Notes under the pieces: model-generated
Databases searched by the model: none
Told to the model about the DNA's origin: nothing
The model's input: only the letters and a program-made list of their open reading frames with translations
Shown here: one piece after another, positions 12,058 through 22,453 of the stretch
How the letters are laid out: each line of letters starts with the position of its first letter
Position numbering within the stretch: position 1 is the first letter of the stretch
Source of the DNA: Azolla caroliniana
Lineage: Eukaryota; Plantae; Polypodiophyta
Direction of reading: 5' to 3'
NCBI GenBank assembly: GCA_043228905.1
Contig: JBHGNT010000001.1
Location: 5,828,001-5,892,000 of the forward strand
DNA: 64,000 bases
Program-made: the position numbers and the translations under genes

Positions 12058-13215
12058 ATGGCTACTGTTAGCGCCCAAGAATACCAATCCGTTTTCTCCG
12101 AGCTACAGTGCCTAAAAGAAAAGTTTGTTGCCCTGGAACAAGAAAACCAACGGCTGATAGGGGATCTGCAACAAATCGCTCTAGAAAAACAACAAACGCA
12201 ACAACAACATGGGGAGTTAGCGTTACGGGTACAACAACTCGAAGCAGCGTTGCAACAACAAGGATCCAGTCCCCAAGGATTTCATAAAGAGCCCAAGATT
12301 GGACTTCCTGTGAAATTTGATGGAACGCGTTCGCAATTCCGGGGATTCCTTAATCAGGTACGCTTAGTCATCCAGATGCATCCTTCCCGATATCCCACTG
12401 ATGCATCTCGAGTCGGCCTAATAGGCACGCTACTTAGCGGCTCAGCCTTGGCATGGTTTGCTCCGCTTCTAGAAAAACAATCACCCTTACTTAATAATTT
12501 TGAAGATTTTATTGGTGAGTTTAAAGCCTGCTTTGGAGACACCGACAGCATCAGGACGGCGATCAACAAGATCCGGCGATTGCGTCAAGGCGATCGTCCA
12601 GCCTCTGCCTACGCGGCGGATTTCCGCCTACTTGCTTCAGATATACCCTGGGATGATCAAGCACTAATGGAGCAGTTTCGCTATGGCTTGCGAAACGATG
12701 TCAAAGATCTACTTCTAACTTTCCCCGAAGAACCAAAGTCTCTTACGGAGGCAATCAGTCGAGCAGTTCGATGTGACAACCGCCTTTTTGAACGGCGTTC
12801 AGAACGTCAATTACAGATACCACGCTCGAGGCCAGAGCCCACTTACGCCGCAGTCGCGGCTAAACCGTTTGCACGAGACACACCTCAAGCAAATACTTCG
12901 ACACCGATGGAGATCGATACCATGCGTCGACGCGGCCCGTTATCGGAAGAAGAAAAGCAGCGACGACGTGCCAATCGATTATGTCTTTATTGCGGTGGAC
13001 CAGGACATATCGCCATCAATTGTCCCCATAGGCCAAGAAGACAGGTAAATCAAATCGTCGCCTGTACTAAACCCGAGTCAATTCTTCCCTTTGGAGTGTC
13101 TGATAGTATTAATAGTACTAATAGAGTGTCAGATAGTATTCATAGTACTAATAGCCCAAGTATCTCAAATAAATTTGAAATCCTTAGTCAATTAGATGAA
13201 GAGTTAAACGATTGA
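12058..13215 (+). CDS. gag: Gag (coiled coil, capsid, CCHC zinc knuckle)
   Basis: PVKFDG, LRQG..ASAYAADF, PMEID, CLYCGGPGHIAINC. Confidence 0.95.
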   Translation: MATVSAQEYQSVFSELQCLKEKFVALEQENQRLIGDLQQIALEKQQTQQQHGELALRVQQLEAALQQQGSSPQGFHKEPKIGLPVKFDGTRSQFRGFLNQVRLVIQMHPSRYPTDASRVGLIGTLLSGSALAWFAPLLEKQSPLLNNFEDFIGEFKACFGDTDSIRTAINKIRRLRQGDRPASAYAADFRLLASDIPWDDQALMEQFRYGLRNDVKDLLLTFPEEPKSLTEAISRAVRCDNRLFERRSERQLQIPRSRPEPTYAAVAAKPFARDTPQANTSTPMEIDTMRRRGPLSEEEKQRRRANRLCLYCGGPGHIAINCPHRPRRQVNQIVACTKPESILPFGVSDSINSTNRVSDSIHSTNSPSISNKFEILSQLDEELND

Positions 13216-16200
13216 GTCCAGCCAAAATAGGAGCCATTTGGTTGGACAGCAGCCCTAGATCTGTACAGCCCATTAGTGGTTCCATTCCTTCCAAGCAAGT
13301 TAGCAATGTGTTCCTAGCCCAAGTCATTGTTAGTACTAAAAGTACTCCCCCAGTACCCGTCCTAGCACTTTTAGATTCCGGAGCTAATTCCTGTTTCATG
13401 GATCGAAATTTTGCCCAAGCTTCTCAGATATCCTTAAGAAAACTTCCTTGTCCCGCATCTGTAGTGGTCATTGATGGTCGTCCCATTGCTTCCGGGAATA
13501 TTGTAGAAGAATCAGAACCCATTCAAGTTGTCCTAGGTAGTTTTGTGTGTATAATATCATTTAATATAATTAGTAGTCCAGAGCATCCCATTGTCCTAGG
13601 ATTACCTTGGCTTGAATTACATAATCCAGCCATAGATTGGAGAACAAGAGAAGTCCGATATCGACCACCCCAAGAATCAACTCACCGAGTTTCGACCATT
13701 TCACTCCATCAACTACGCGAAGAAGGACCCAAGGAGGCAATGTTCCTATTTGCCATATCAGTACATCCTTCTAGCACTATTAAGAAGGACTCCTCAATAC
13801 AACTTCCGGCAAAATATAATCCTTATGCCGATGTATTTGACAAGGTAAAAGCCGGTACCCTTCCTCATCACCGTCCCTATGACTGTCCCATCGATTTACA
13901 ACCAGGAACCGAGCCACCATGGGGACCAATTTACAACTTGTCACCCACCGAGTTAGAAGTCCTTCGAGCCTACATAGAGGAGAACTTGGCAAGCGGGTTC
14001 ATCCGTCATTCGAAATCTCCGGCCGGTGCACCCATCTTCTTTGTCAAGAAGAAAGATGGCTCACTTCGTCTTGTCGTTGATTACCGCGGATTGAATAAAG
14101 TCACCATCCGGAATAGGTATGCACTTCCTCTTATATCAAGTCTTTTAGAGCGAGTTAATGGTGCCAAGTTTTTTACTAAAATCGACCTACGAGGAGCGTA
14201 TAATCTCGTGCGGATCCGACCGGGAGATGAGTGGAAGACCGCTTTTCGCACGCGGTATGGGCATTTCGAGTATACTGTTATGCCGTTTGGCCTAACCAAT
14301 GCACCCGCAGTCTTCCAACACATGGCAAATGATATATTCAGAGACCTCTTGGATATCTGTTTGATCATTTATCTCGATGATCTGTTGATTTATTCGAAGA
14401 CCCAGGAAGAGCACGATTCTCATGTACTATTAGTACTAAAGCGACTCCGCGAGAATGGTCTTTATGCCAAGCTAGAGAAATGTAGCTTTGACTGCAAGCA
14501 AGTGGAATTTCTAGGCTACGTCATCTCCTCAAAGGGCATCGCCATGGATCCAGCTAAAATCCAAACTGTACTAGAGTGGCAAATTCCACGGTCGGTACGA
14601 GATGTACAATGTTTTCTAGGCTTTGCTAACTTCTACCGTAAGTTTATACAGGATTACTCGAAGATTATTTTACCTCTCACACAACTTACGAAGAAGGGCC
14701 AAGCATTTCTTTGGTCCATCGAAGCAGATATGGCTTTTCGGCATCTTAAGAAAGCCTTTACATCAGCACCGATTCTAGCTCATGTGGATACAAGCAAACC
14801 ATTCATCATGGAGGCCGACGCATCAGATTTCGCCCTCGGTAGCATCCTTTCTCAACAAGGCGATAAAGAAGAGTTGCATCCGGTGGCTTTCCATTCGCAC
14901 AAATTCAATGTCGCAGAAATCAACTACGAAATACATGACAAGGAGTTGTTAGCCATCGTGGATTCATTTGTACAATGGCGGCATTTCTTAGAGGGCTCTC
15001 CACATCAGGTCATCGTCTTTAGCGATCATAAAAATCTTGCTTATTTTCAGAACGCTCGCGTACTAAATCGACGGCAAGCTCGGTGGGCGCAATTCCTCAC
15101 GCGTTTCAACTTCGAAATCACATATCGACCGGGGAAGCAGCAAGGAAAAGCAGATGCACTATCACGGCGTTCATATCTTGCACCTCGTCCTGGTGACGCA
15201 ACATTTGATAATCAAAAGCAAGTAATCTTGGGACCAACACGATTGCACACGACGCGGATTTTTCACACCCCGATGGATTCACGGATTACCGATGACATAC
15301 GTGCAACCTTGAAGACGGATAGTTTTGCTCAAGACATCCTGGCGCACATTGATACTTCTCGAGCATCCTGTTCTCAGTCTCAACAACCAGGTATTGACTA
15401 CCGACAATTCGAATATCATGATGGGTTGTTATTCTTTAAAAAGCGCGTATATGTCCCCGATTGCTCCTGTCGCCTTCAAATCGTCCAACATTGTCACGAC
15501 ACCCATACGGCGGGACATTTCGGTAGTACCAAGACGTTGGAGTTAGTGCAACGATCTTTTTGGTGGCCCCACATGCGCCGTTTTGTCGACGACTACGTTC
15601 GGACCTGTGATGCTTGCTGCCGAGCAAAGATGCCACGACACCATCCATATGGCTTGTTGGAACCTTTACCAATTCCAAGTAAGCCATGGCAGTCTATTTG
15701 TCTTGATTTTATTACAGATCTGCCGGTCTCGAAGGGGTTCGATGCTATCCTAACCGTCGTCGATCGATATACGAAGATGGCACATTTTGTGCCATGTACT
15801 AAAGCCATCACTAGCGAGGAAACCGCCGCTCTTGTTATGCGTGAGGTATTTCGGCATCATGGCCTACCAGACAGTATTATCAGTGACCGAGGCCCGCAAT
15901 TTGTCTCCAAATTTTGGCAGCATCTCTTCAGGATGCTCAAGGTCTCCTGCAACCTCTCCTCCGGCTACCATCCTCAAACTGACGGACAGGCGGAACGAAC
16001 AAACCAAACGTTGGAGCAATATCTCCGGTGTTTCCTGAGTTATCAACAGGACGATTGGGCCGAGATTCTCCACTTTGCGGAGTTTGCGTATAATAATGCT
16101 ATTCATTCCTCGACTCGGGTCTCCCCATTTCTCGCTTATACCGGTTTCCATCCTCGCTGGTCGGTGATCGACACTCCGGAGCTACCTACCAACCCTCGTG

Positions 16201-16784
16201 CCGAGGACCATTTGGAGAGGCTACGCAAGATCCAGATGGATCTCTCTACTCACCTTCGTCATGCTCAAAACACACAGAAGACTTATGCGGATCGTCATCG
16301 GATTCCCTCCTCTTTTGCCATCGGAGATCGAGTATGGCTCTTACGTCGTCACATCAAGACTACTCGACCGTGCGACAAGTTGGATTATCGACGACTCGGT
16401 CCTTTCCGTATTACGGGGAAGATTAATGATGTCACCTTCCGCCTGGATCTCCCTCCGCAGCTTCAGATACATCCGGTTTTCCATTGTTCTCTTCTTGAAC
16501 CTTATAAAGCAAACACCATTCCCGATCGTGTGACACCACCGCCGCCCCCGCTGGAGTTGGACGCCGGCCCGGAGTATGAAGTTGCTGCCATCCTCGATTC
16601 CAAACTTGTTCGCAACAAACTTTATTACTTGGTCGATTGGCTCGGTTATAGTCCGAGCGAATGTACTTGGGAACCCGTCAAGAATGTTGCCAATGCACAA
16701 GATCTTCTTGCTGATTTCCACCGAAAGTATCCGGACAAACCCGGTCCGCAGTTAGCGCCGACTCGTTCCACTCGTCGTCTTTAA
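13200..16784 (+). CDS. pol: Pol (PR-RT-RNase H-IN-chromodomain), -1 frame relative to gag
   Basis: LLDSGA; YLDD; DASD...NYEIHDKELLA; HHCC and DDE integrase; GPF motif; chromodomain EYEVAAILD...YYLVDWLGY...TWEP. Confidence 0.95.
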   Translation, partial: RVKRLSPAKIGAIWLDSSPRSVQPISGSIPSKQVSNVFLAQVIVSTKSTPPVPVLALLDSGANSCFMDRNFAQASQISLRKLPCPASVVVIDGRPIASGNIVEESEPIQVVLGSFVCIISFNIISSPEHPIVLGLPWLELHNPAIDWRTREVRYRPPQESTHRVSTISLHQLREEGPKEAMFLFAISVHPSSTIKKDSSIQLPAKYNPYADVFDKVKAGTLPHHRPYDCPIDLQPGTEPPWGPIYNLSPTELEVLRAYIEENLASGFIRHSKSPAGAPIFFVKKKDGSLRLVVDYRGLNKVTIRNRYALPLISSLLERVNGAKFFTKIDLRGAYNLVRIRPGDEWKTAFRTRYGHFEYTVMPFGLTNAPAVFQHMANDIFRDLLDICLIIYLDDLLIYSKTQEEHDSHVLLVLKRLRENGLYAKLEKCSFDCKQVEFLGYVISSKGIAMDPAKIQTVLEWQIPRSVRDVQCFLGFANFYRKFIQDYSKIILPLTQLTKKGQAFLWSIEADMAFRHLKKAFTSAPILAHVDTSKPFIMEADASDFALGSILSQQGDKEELHPVAFHSHKFNVAEINYEIHDKELLAIVDSFVQWRHFLEGSPHQVIVFSDHKNLAYFQNARVLNRRQARWAQFLTRFNFEITYRPGKQQGKADALSRRSYLAPRPGDATFDNQKQVILGPTRLHTTRIFHTPMDSRITDDIRATLKTDSFAQDILAHIDTSRASCSQSQQPGIDYRQFEYHDGLLFFKKRVYVPDCSCRLQIVQHCHDTHTAGHFGSTKTLELVQRSFWWPHMRRFVDDYVRTCDACCRAKMPRHHPYGLLEPLPIPSKPWQSICLDFITDLPVSKGFDAILTVVDRYTKMAHFVPCTKAITSEETAALVMREVFRHHGLPDSIISDRGPQFVSKFWQHLFRMLKVSCNLSSGYHPQTDGQAERTNQTLEQYLRCFLSYQQDDWAEILHFAEFAYNNAIHSSTRVSPFLAYTGFHPRWSVIDTPELPTNPRAEDHLERLRKIQMDLSTHLRHAQNTQKTYADRHRIPSSFAIGDRVWLLRRHIKTTRPCDKLDYRRLGPFRITGKINDVTFRLDLPPQLQIHPVFHCSLLEPYKANTIPDRVTPPPPPLELDAGPEYEVAAILDSKLVRNKLYYLVDWLGYSPSECTWEPVKNVANAQDLLADFHRKYPDKPGPQLAPTRSTRRL

Positions 16785-16795
16785 GGGGGAGATAG

Positions 16796-17084
16796 TGTCA
16801 TGGCAAGACTCGAACCCATGACTTTATGCTACATGGGTCGAGCTCTTACCATTAGATTAGGAATTGTATTTTGTAGGATATTATTTTCATTTATACTTTA
16901 TCATTGAAAATTGATGTATATTCCAGATCTCTCTGGAACATTCTAGAAGCTTCATGATTATTCCTAAAAACACTATAAAAGGAGGCACAAGGCATTGTTT
17001 TGAACCAAATTGGTTCAACGCCAGTCTTAAGCCTTTTAGCCACCGTTGTATATTCTCTTCATATAATAAATATCTTTCTTATCA

Positions 17085-17123
<39 letters not shown>

Positions 17124-17227
17124 GTCTCGCTCACTTCTTCCTTCTCTCGAAGAAGTTCCACACCTCTCATAGTACTAATCCTTCGTTTAGTACTAATTCC
17201 TTCTCTGTCTCAGTACTGTTCATGACA
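16796..17227 (+). repeat. 3' LTR of the Tcn1-like element
   Basis: Direct repeat of 11571-12002. Confidence 0.97.
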
Positions 17228-18242
17228 AATATCTCCTGCAATAACATCGCCCGGTGCACAATTTTTTTAGAGAAGACCCGCCTATAACGTTGTTTGTAAA
17301 GAGTTCATAGTGTTATTGGGTTGACCAATTCCAAGACGACTTGATCTTTGGCATTGATGGGGGTTGAGTGAACATTGTCAATGGTGGAAAACAAGATATC
17401 TTGTGCCTTTATCACCAACGTCATCCCCTCCTAATTTTCGGATCTGACAATTGGGGGCTACCATGATAACCAACATACATTCCCCCTCTTGAATGTGCTT
17501 TGCACCTTACATAATTGCAATGGTCAGCCAACCCCCCTCCATATTCAACAAGTCTTTAGGTAGTCCCACAAAGCGTGTCGGATTCATTCTATTTCATTGG
17601 GGGATGCTACACAATTAGGAGAGGAAACAATCCTGCACTACCACACTCCAATTGATAGTGACCTATGTATTAATAGCCATTGAAATGTGGTAATTCGCCT
17701 AACTTCTTGTTGTTTCCATAATTGCGGCCAAAACTTGACAATACTCATATGAGGAACATGATATGTGTGCCTTATCTTTGTAGTAGTTGGTTCTCTATCG
17801 GTTTGAGTAGCTAGGATGTAGCGACCCAATTTAGTCGTGTATAAGAATGAAGGATCGAGTGACTTTGCTTCCTTGTCTTGTGTAAGGATTGCACCACGTC
17901 CATTGCAGAGAGTCCAACTGACGTTAAATAGCCATGTGTTTTCATGAACATATATGTATCATTCTAGTTGTACTTTGATCGGGTCAACATCTACAATCCA
18001 TTTACTACCTAGCAAGCACTCGAACCACCATGTCCACTATTGTTGGTTCCGCATTGCCTCGCAATTAACTCGTGGCCTTAAATCCTATATGGTGTTTCCC
18101 TACCTCTTGGAATCAAGGAACACTCCTTGTTGCCTATCCATTTCTCCATTGTCGTCCTTGGACTAGTAGCTTCACCAACATTCTATGCTATTTGTACAAA
18201 ATCGATGGTGATTCTTGTGCAGTGGAATAGGTTAGAGATGTG

Positions 18243-19054
<812 letters not shown>

Positions 19055-19700
19055 TGTTAGGAAACAGGTCCCTCCGGATGGGAAGTGAGAAGAACAGTGT
19101 TGATGAGCAACCGGATGACTCGTTGAGAACCGGATGTGGAGTACCTGGCAACGGAAGACTCGGTGAGAACCGGATGACGAGTACACTACAAGGAAGACCC
19201 GGTGAGAACCGGATGTTGCAGGCCCGATGAGAACCTCTCATCATATGGAACAGACATATATGTAAATATGTTCAAGAGAGCCCAATGGGGCTATATTTGT
19301 AAATAGCCTGAAAGTCATATTAGTATAAATATGACCTAGGGCAAACTTAATAGTGATGATGATGATAGAGTTATTGGTGTAACCTTTGTACAGTGCGTAA
19401 GAGAGAGAGAGAGAGCGACATATAGAGATTGTGTCTCTGTTGTAACCGCCGCTAGGCGAAGATTGTGAGCAAGAGGTCGTTGCCTCTGTGCTCCTTGTTG
19501 TATTACTTTACAGAGTGATAGTTTGGAGTCTGTGGACTCCCGTGGTTTTTCCCTCTCAGGGTTTTCCACGTTAATATCCTGTGTATTCTCTTTCTGTCTT
19601 GTCGACTTACCTCCATTCCCATTTCGTCTATGTTTTTGATTGTCATCAAGTGATCTACGCTTCGGTTGTGGCCGGAGATTAATCAGCGTATTCCGTGACA
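19055..19700 (+). mobile_element. Solo LTR, family C (copia-like)
   Basis: TGTTAGG...GTGACA; homologous to 63180-63854; flanks ATACG / ATAAG (TSD with one mismatch). Confidence 0.8.
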
Positions 19701-19706
19701 ATAAGG

Positions 19707-20897
19707 TGTCGTGAAGAAAACCGGCCCTAAGAGGAATCAAGGAATTAAAGGCGTGAACCCACTCCTGCACGAGTGTGCGCGAATTGATTCATTGTACATA
19801 ACTAGGAGTAGGACGACTGATGTAAATATACTAGGTATCAGATATTCATTAGCTAGGAAATCGATGCGTATCTCTGTCCAAAGGGACAGAGAATAAAGTT
19901 AACGTGTTTTGATGTAACGGCCTCCTCGACAACCTATAAAGGGAAGGGGAGAAGAAGAGGAGGTGCTGTCGGACAGGGAACCGAGCTCTCTCCTCCTCTA
20001 TCATCATTCTCTGTTGCAATTGTTGTAATATTCGCTGTTATTGAAATTGAATCTCTTGTTTTCGTCTATCTGTGTTTCTGGGAGTCTCCTCTTTCATTTC
20101 TCTCAAGTGTGCTTCTTGATTAAGTCGGTATACGCATTGGTGGTTCATTCAACGGGCAAGTGCTGACGGTTGCTGACAAGTCTAGCAGGCCTACACTTGC
20201 GTGCTTCTCACCTCCTCTTGTCTATCTTGCTCCTCGGTTCAGGGCCCCCGTGGTCCCGCCTTATTTCACACGCGAAAGCGAAACAACACGACATATTTGG
20301 TGAACCTGACGTGAAACAAGGCGGCAGAGGAGTGAAGATGAGGGGATCGGAGCTCGCCGAAGCCATGGCATGGCGGCAGCGATCGATCGGATAGTAAGTG
20401 TTCGCGAGGGCACGAGCGCCCTCGACAAGGCCATTGAAGCAATTGTCGGCACGATAGTCCGATTCGGTGGGAAGGAAGCCACGAGCTATTTGGTGGCCTA
20501 CCGAGCTGAGATGGTGATGAGAGACATTCCGGAGGACAAGCGTCTGGCCGGGTTCCCTCGGGTGGGGACATCGGGCATCCACACAGAGGTGCTCGAGGTA
20601 CAGGTTGCATGCCGAACCTAGGGAGAATTCGAAGCATGGCTCCTCGAAAGGTACATGCTTGATGACGCGCTTCGTTTATCGAAGTGGGACTTCATGGAGT
20701 GGGTGGAAACCCCCGAAAAGGGGAGGAGCTCCTTCGGGAGTTCGAAGAACGCTTCGCACGGCTCTCAATGCTTGACAGGACCGTGTTGGACACGAGCCGT
20801 GTCTTGTTGTTTGTCAAATCGGTGGACGTGCGGGATAGGGACCAGGTGGGTCTCCTGCTAGAGACAGATGATGGGTTGACGACCGACTGGGCCACGG
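19707..20897 (+). mobile_element. Family A copy A1: 5' LTR (19707-20293), tRNA-Trp PBS, partial gag
   Basis: TGTCGTGAAGAAAACC...CGACA; PBS TGGTGAACCTGACGTGA; gag MRGSELAEAMA, frameshifted and cut by B1. Confidence 0.85.
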
Positions 20898-22453
20898 TGT
20901 CGTGATGTTTTTCGTCCATACTAAGAAAACTGAGCGGGATAGAGAAACGGAGATGTGCAACATTGCACATGAACTTAGGGAAATTGTAACATAGGGAAAA
21001 ATAAGCAAACGTAAAGTGTAAGGAGTTAAGGTGCTCTACAAAGTTGTTAAGTGTAAATGTGATGTGCACTTTGTAGACTAGAGGGAGGTACATAGAGAAT
21101 GAGTGTAAGAGTGATGGGCATTGAGTAGGACGGCTAGAGGAGAGAGAGTTAAGGCCCATCAATCTCGAGATCGGGGCAAATATTCTCCTTTGAATGAAAA
21201 GGGGAGTTGACCACCCCTATTGTATTGTGCCTCACCCCTTACCACTATAAAAGGGAGTGAGGGGTTCCTTTTGAAGGGGTTGCCTATTTTGCGTATGAGA
21301 GGTATACCACTTAGTCTAGAGTTCTTACCGTTTTAGGGTTAGGGTTTCGTTTAGGGTTTCATTATTCATCTTCGGTTAGGGTTTTCTCATAGTCGTTTGG
21401 TGCGGCCCATGCGGCCACCATTGTTGTAATCATTCGTTTGTTTTAATATAACTTGTTGAGTATCTTGCCTCTACCGATCTCTCCTTCTATGTCATGGTCT
21501 TATTCTTTCCTCTTCTCCTCGTGAGCTAAGCTTCCATATCCTATCTTATTCTTTCTCCTCTACTCCCTAGTCCAAGACCCCCGGAGTGCGATGGAGGCAT
21601 TCCGAGAGTTTGAGCGTCGTTTCTCTCAACTCTCGGAGTGGGAACGGAGATCAGTGGGGGCGGACAAAGTCCTCCTATTTTTGAAGACTGTCCATCATGA
21701 GGAGAGGATGGACATCTTATTCGAGCTTCAAGATGATTATGGAAGACATGGTCTCACCGAGGAGTGGTCCGAAAGAGAATGGGTATGCTGGCAACATGAT
21801 GCGAGGCAGTCGGCCACAACACGCACTACTGCCGGAAGAGAGCTCAACGCAAAATGGTTCGGAGGAGCTCGACCTAGAAGCGCTAATGCAGGAGGCATGC
21901 GAGCTTGTGAAGGCGAAAATCGAAGCCGAAGAAGGGCTTATTATGGAGTCGAGCTGGAGCCGATCGGAGGATGCGGAGGAAGAAGCCTCCCTAAGCGTAG
22001 AAGACGGGGCGGGGCCTATACGGAGGCCGGGAGAGCATACGACGGAGACATGGGAAAGGGTGCGGAGCAAAAGACCCTCTTGCCTTGCGGTGAAGGGACA
22101 GCCATGGAGGCCGGTAATTACGGATTTGGGACATGGCAGCCTGAAACATCGAGTGGGGAGGAGACAAGCGGCGGTGCCACGACCTTAAACACACCGGTCC
22201 TAGAGGCTCCAGTGGTCGGCCCGAGTGCTGGCGTGAGACCTAGAGCGACAGGTGGTGGCGGCGGCAAGGCGGGAAACCGAGAAGATGACATGGAAGAGAT
22301 GGCGGCAAGCGTAATCGAGGCGTGCGCGATCGGAGGCGGGGTCGCCGCGGACAACGATGTCCCGACGGAGGCGGCTACAGACACAAAGAGCGGCGGTGCT
22401 GGGTCCTTACCCACACCGGTCCTAGAGGCTCTGGTGGCCGGCCCAAGTGCCGG
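20898..22453 (+). mobile_element. Family B copy B1: LTR (to about 21583) fused to a divergent gag-like ORF
   Basis: Starts TGTCGTGA; LTR homologous to 27296-27530; EFERRFSQLS..DKVLLFLK is homologous to family A gag. Confidence 0.7.

Larger units (their letters stand above)
11571..17227 (+). mobile_element. Intact, very young Ty3/gypsy chromovirus (Tcn1-like) LTR retrotransposon
   Basis: 432-bp LTRs (11571-12002, 16796-17227), TGTCATG...CATGACA, no differences seen; TSD AATAT on both sides; PPT AAGGGGGAGATAG 16783-16795; open gag and pol. Confidence 0.97.
11390..18230 (-). mobile_element. Degraded LINE (L1-like) ORF2 3' fragment, split by the Tcn1-like insertion
   Basis: zf-RVT-like peptide FWPQLWK..VRRITTFQWLLIHRSL.IG.W (17638-17829) followed by C..S...E.IRHALWD; C-terminal piece at 11391-11570. 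Confidence 0.6.

Noticed and set aside
19105-19230. CRISPR-like or coding interpretation of the spaced CCGGATG repeats
   Set aside because: Eukaryotic context, spacers related to one another and no cas genes; these are LTR U3 repeats.
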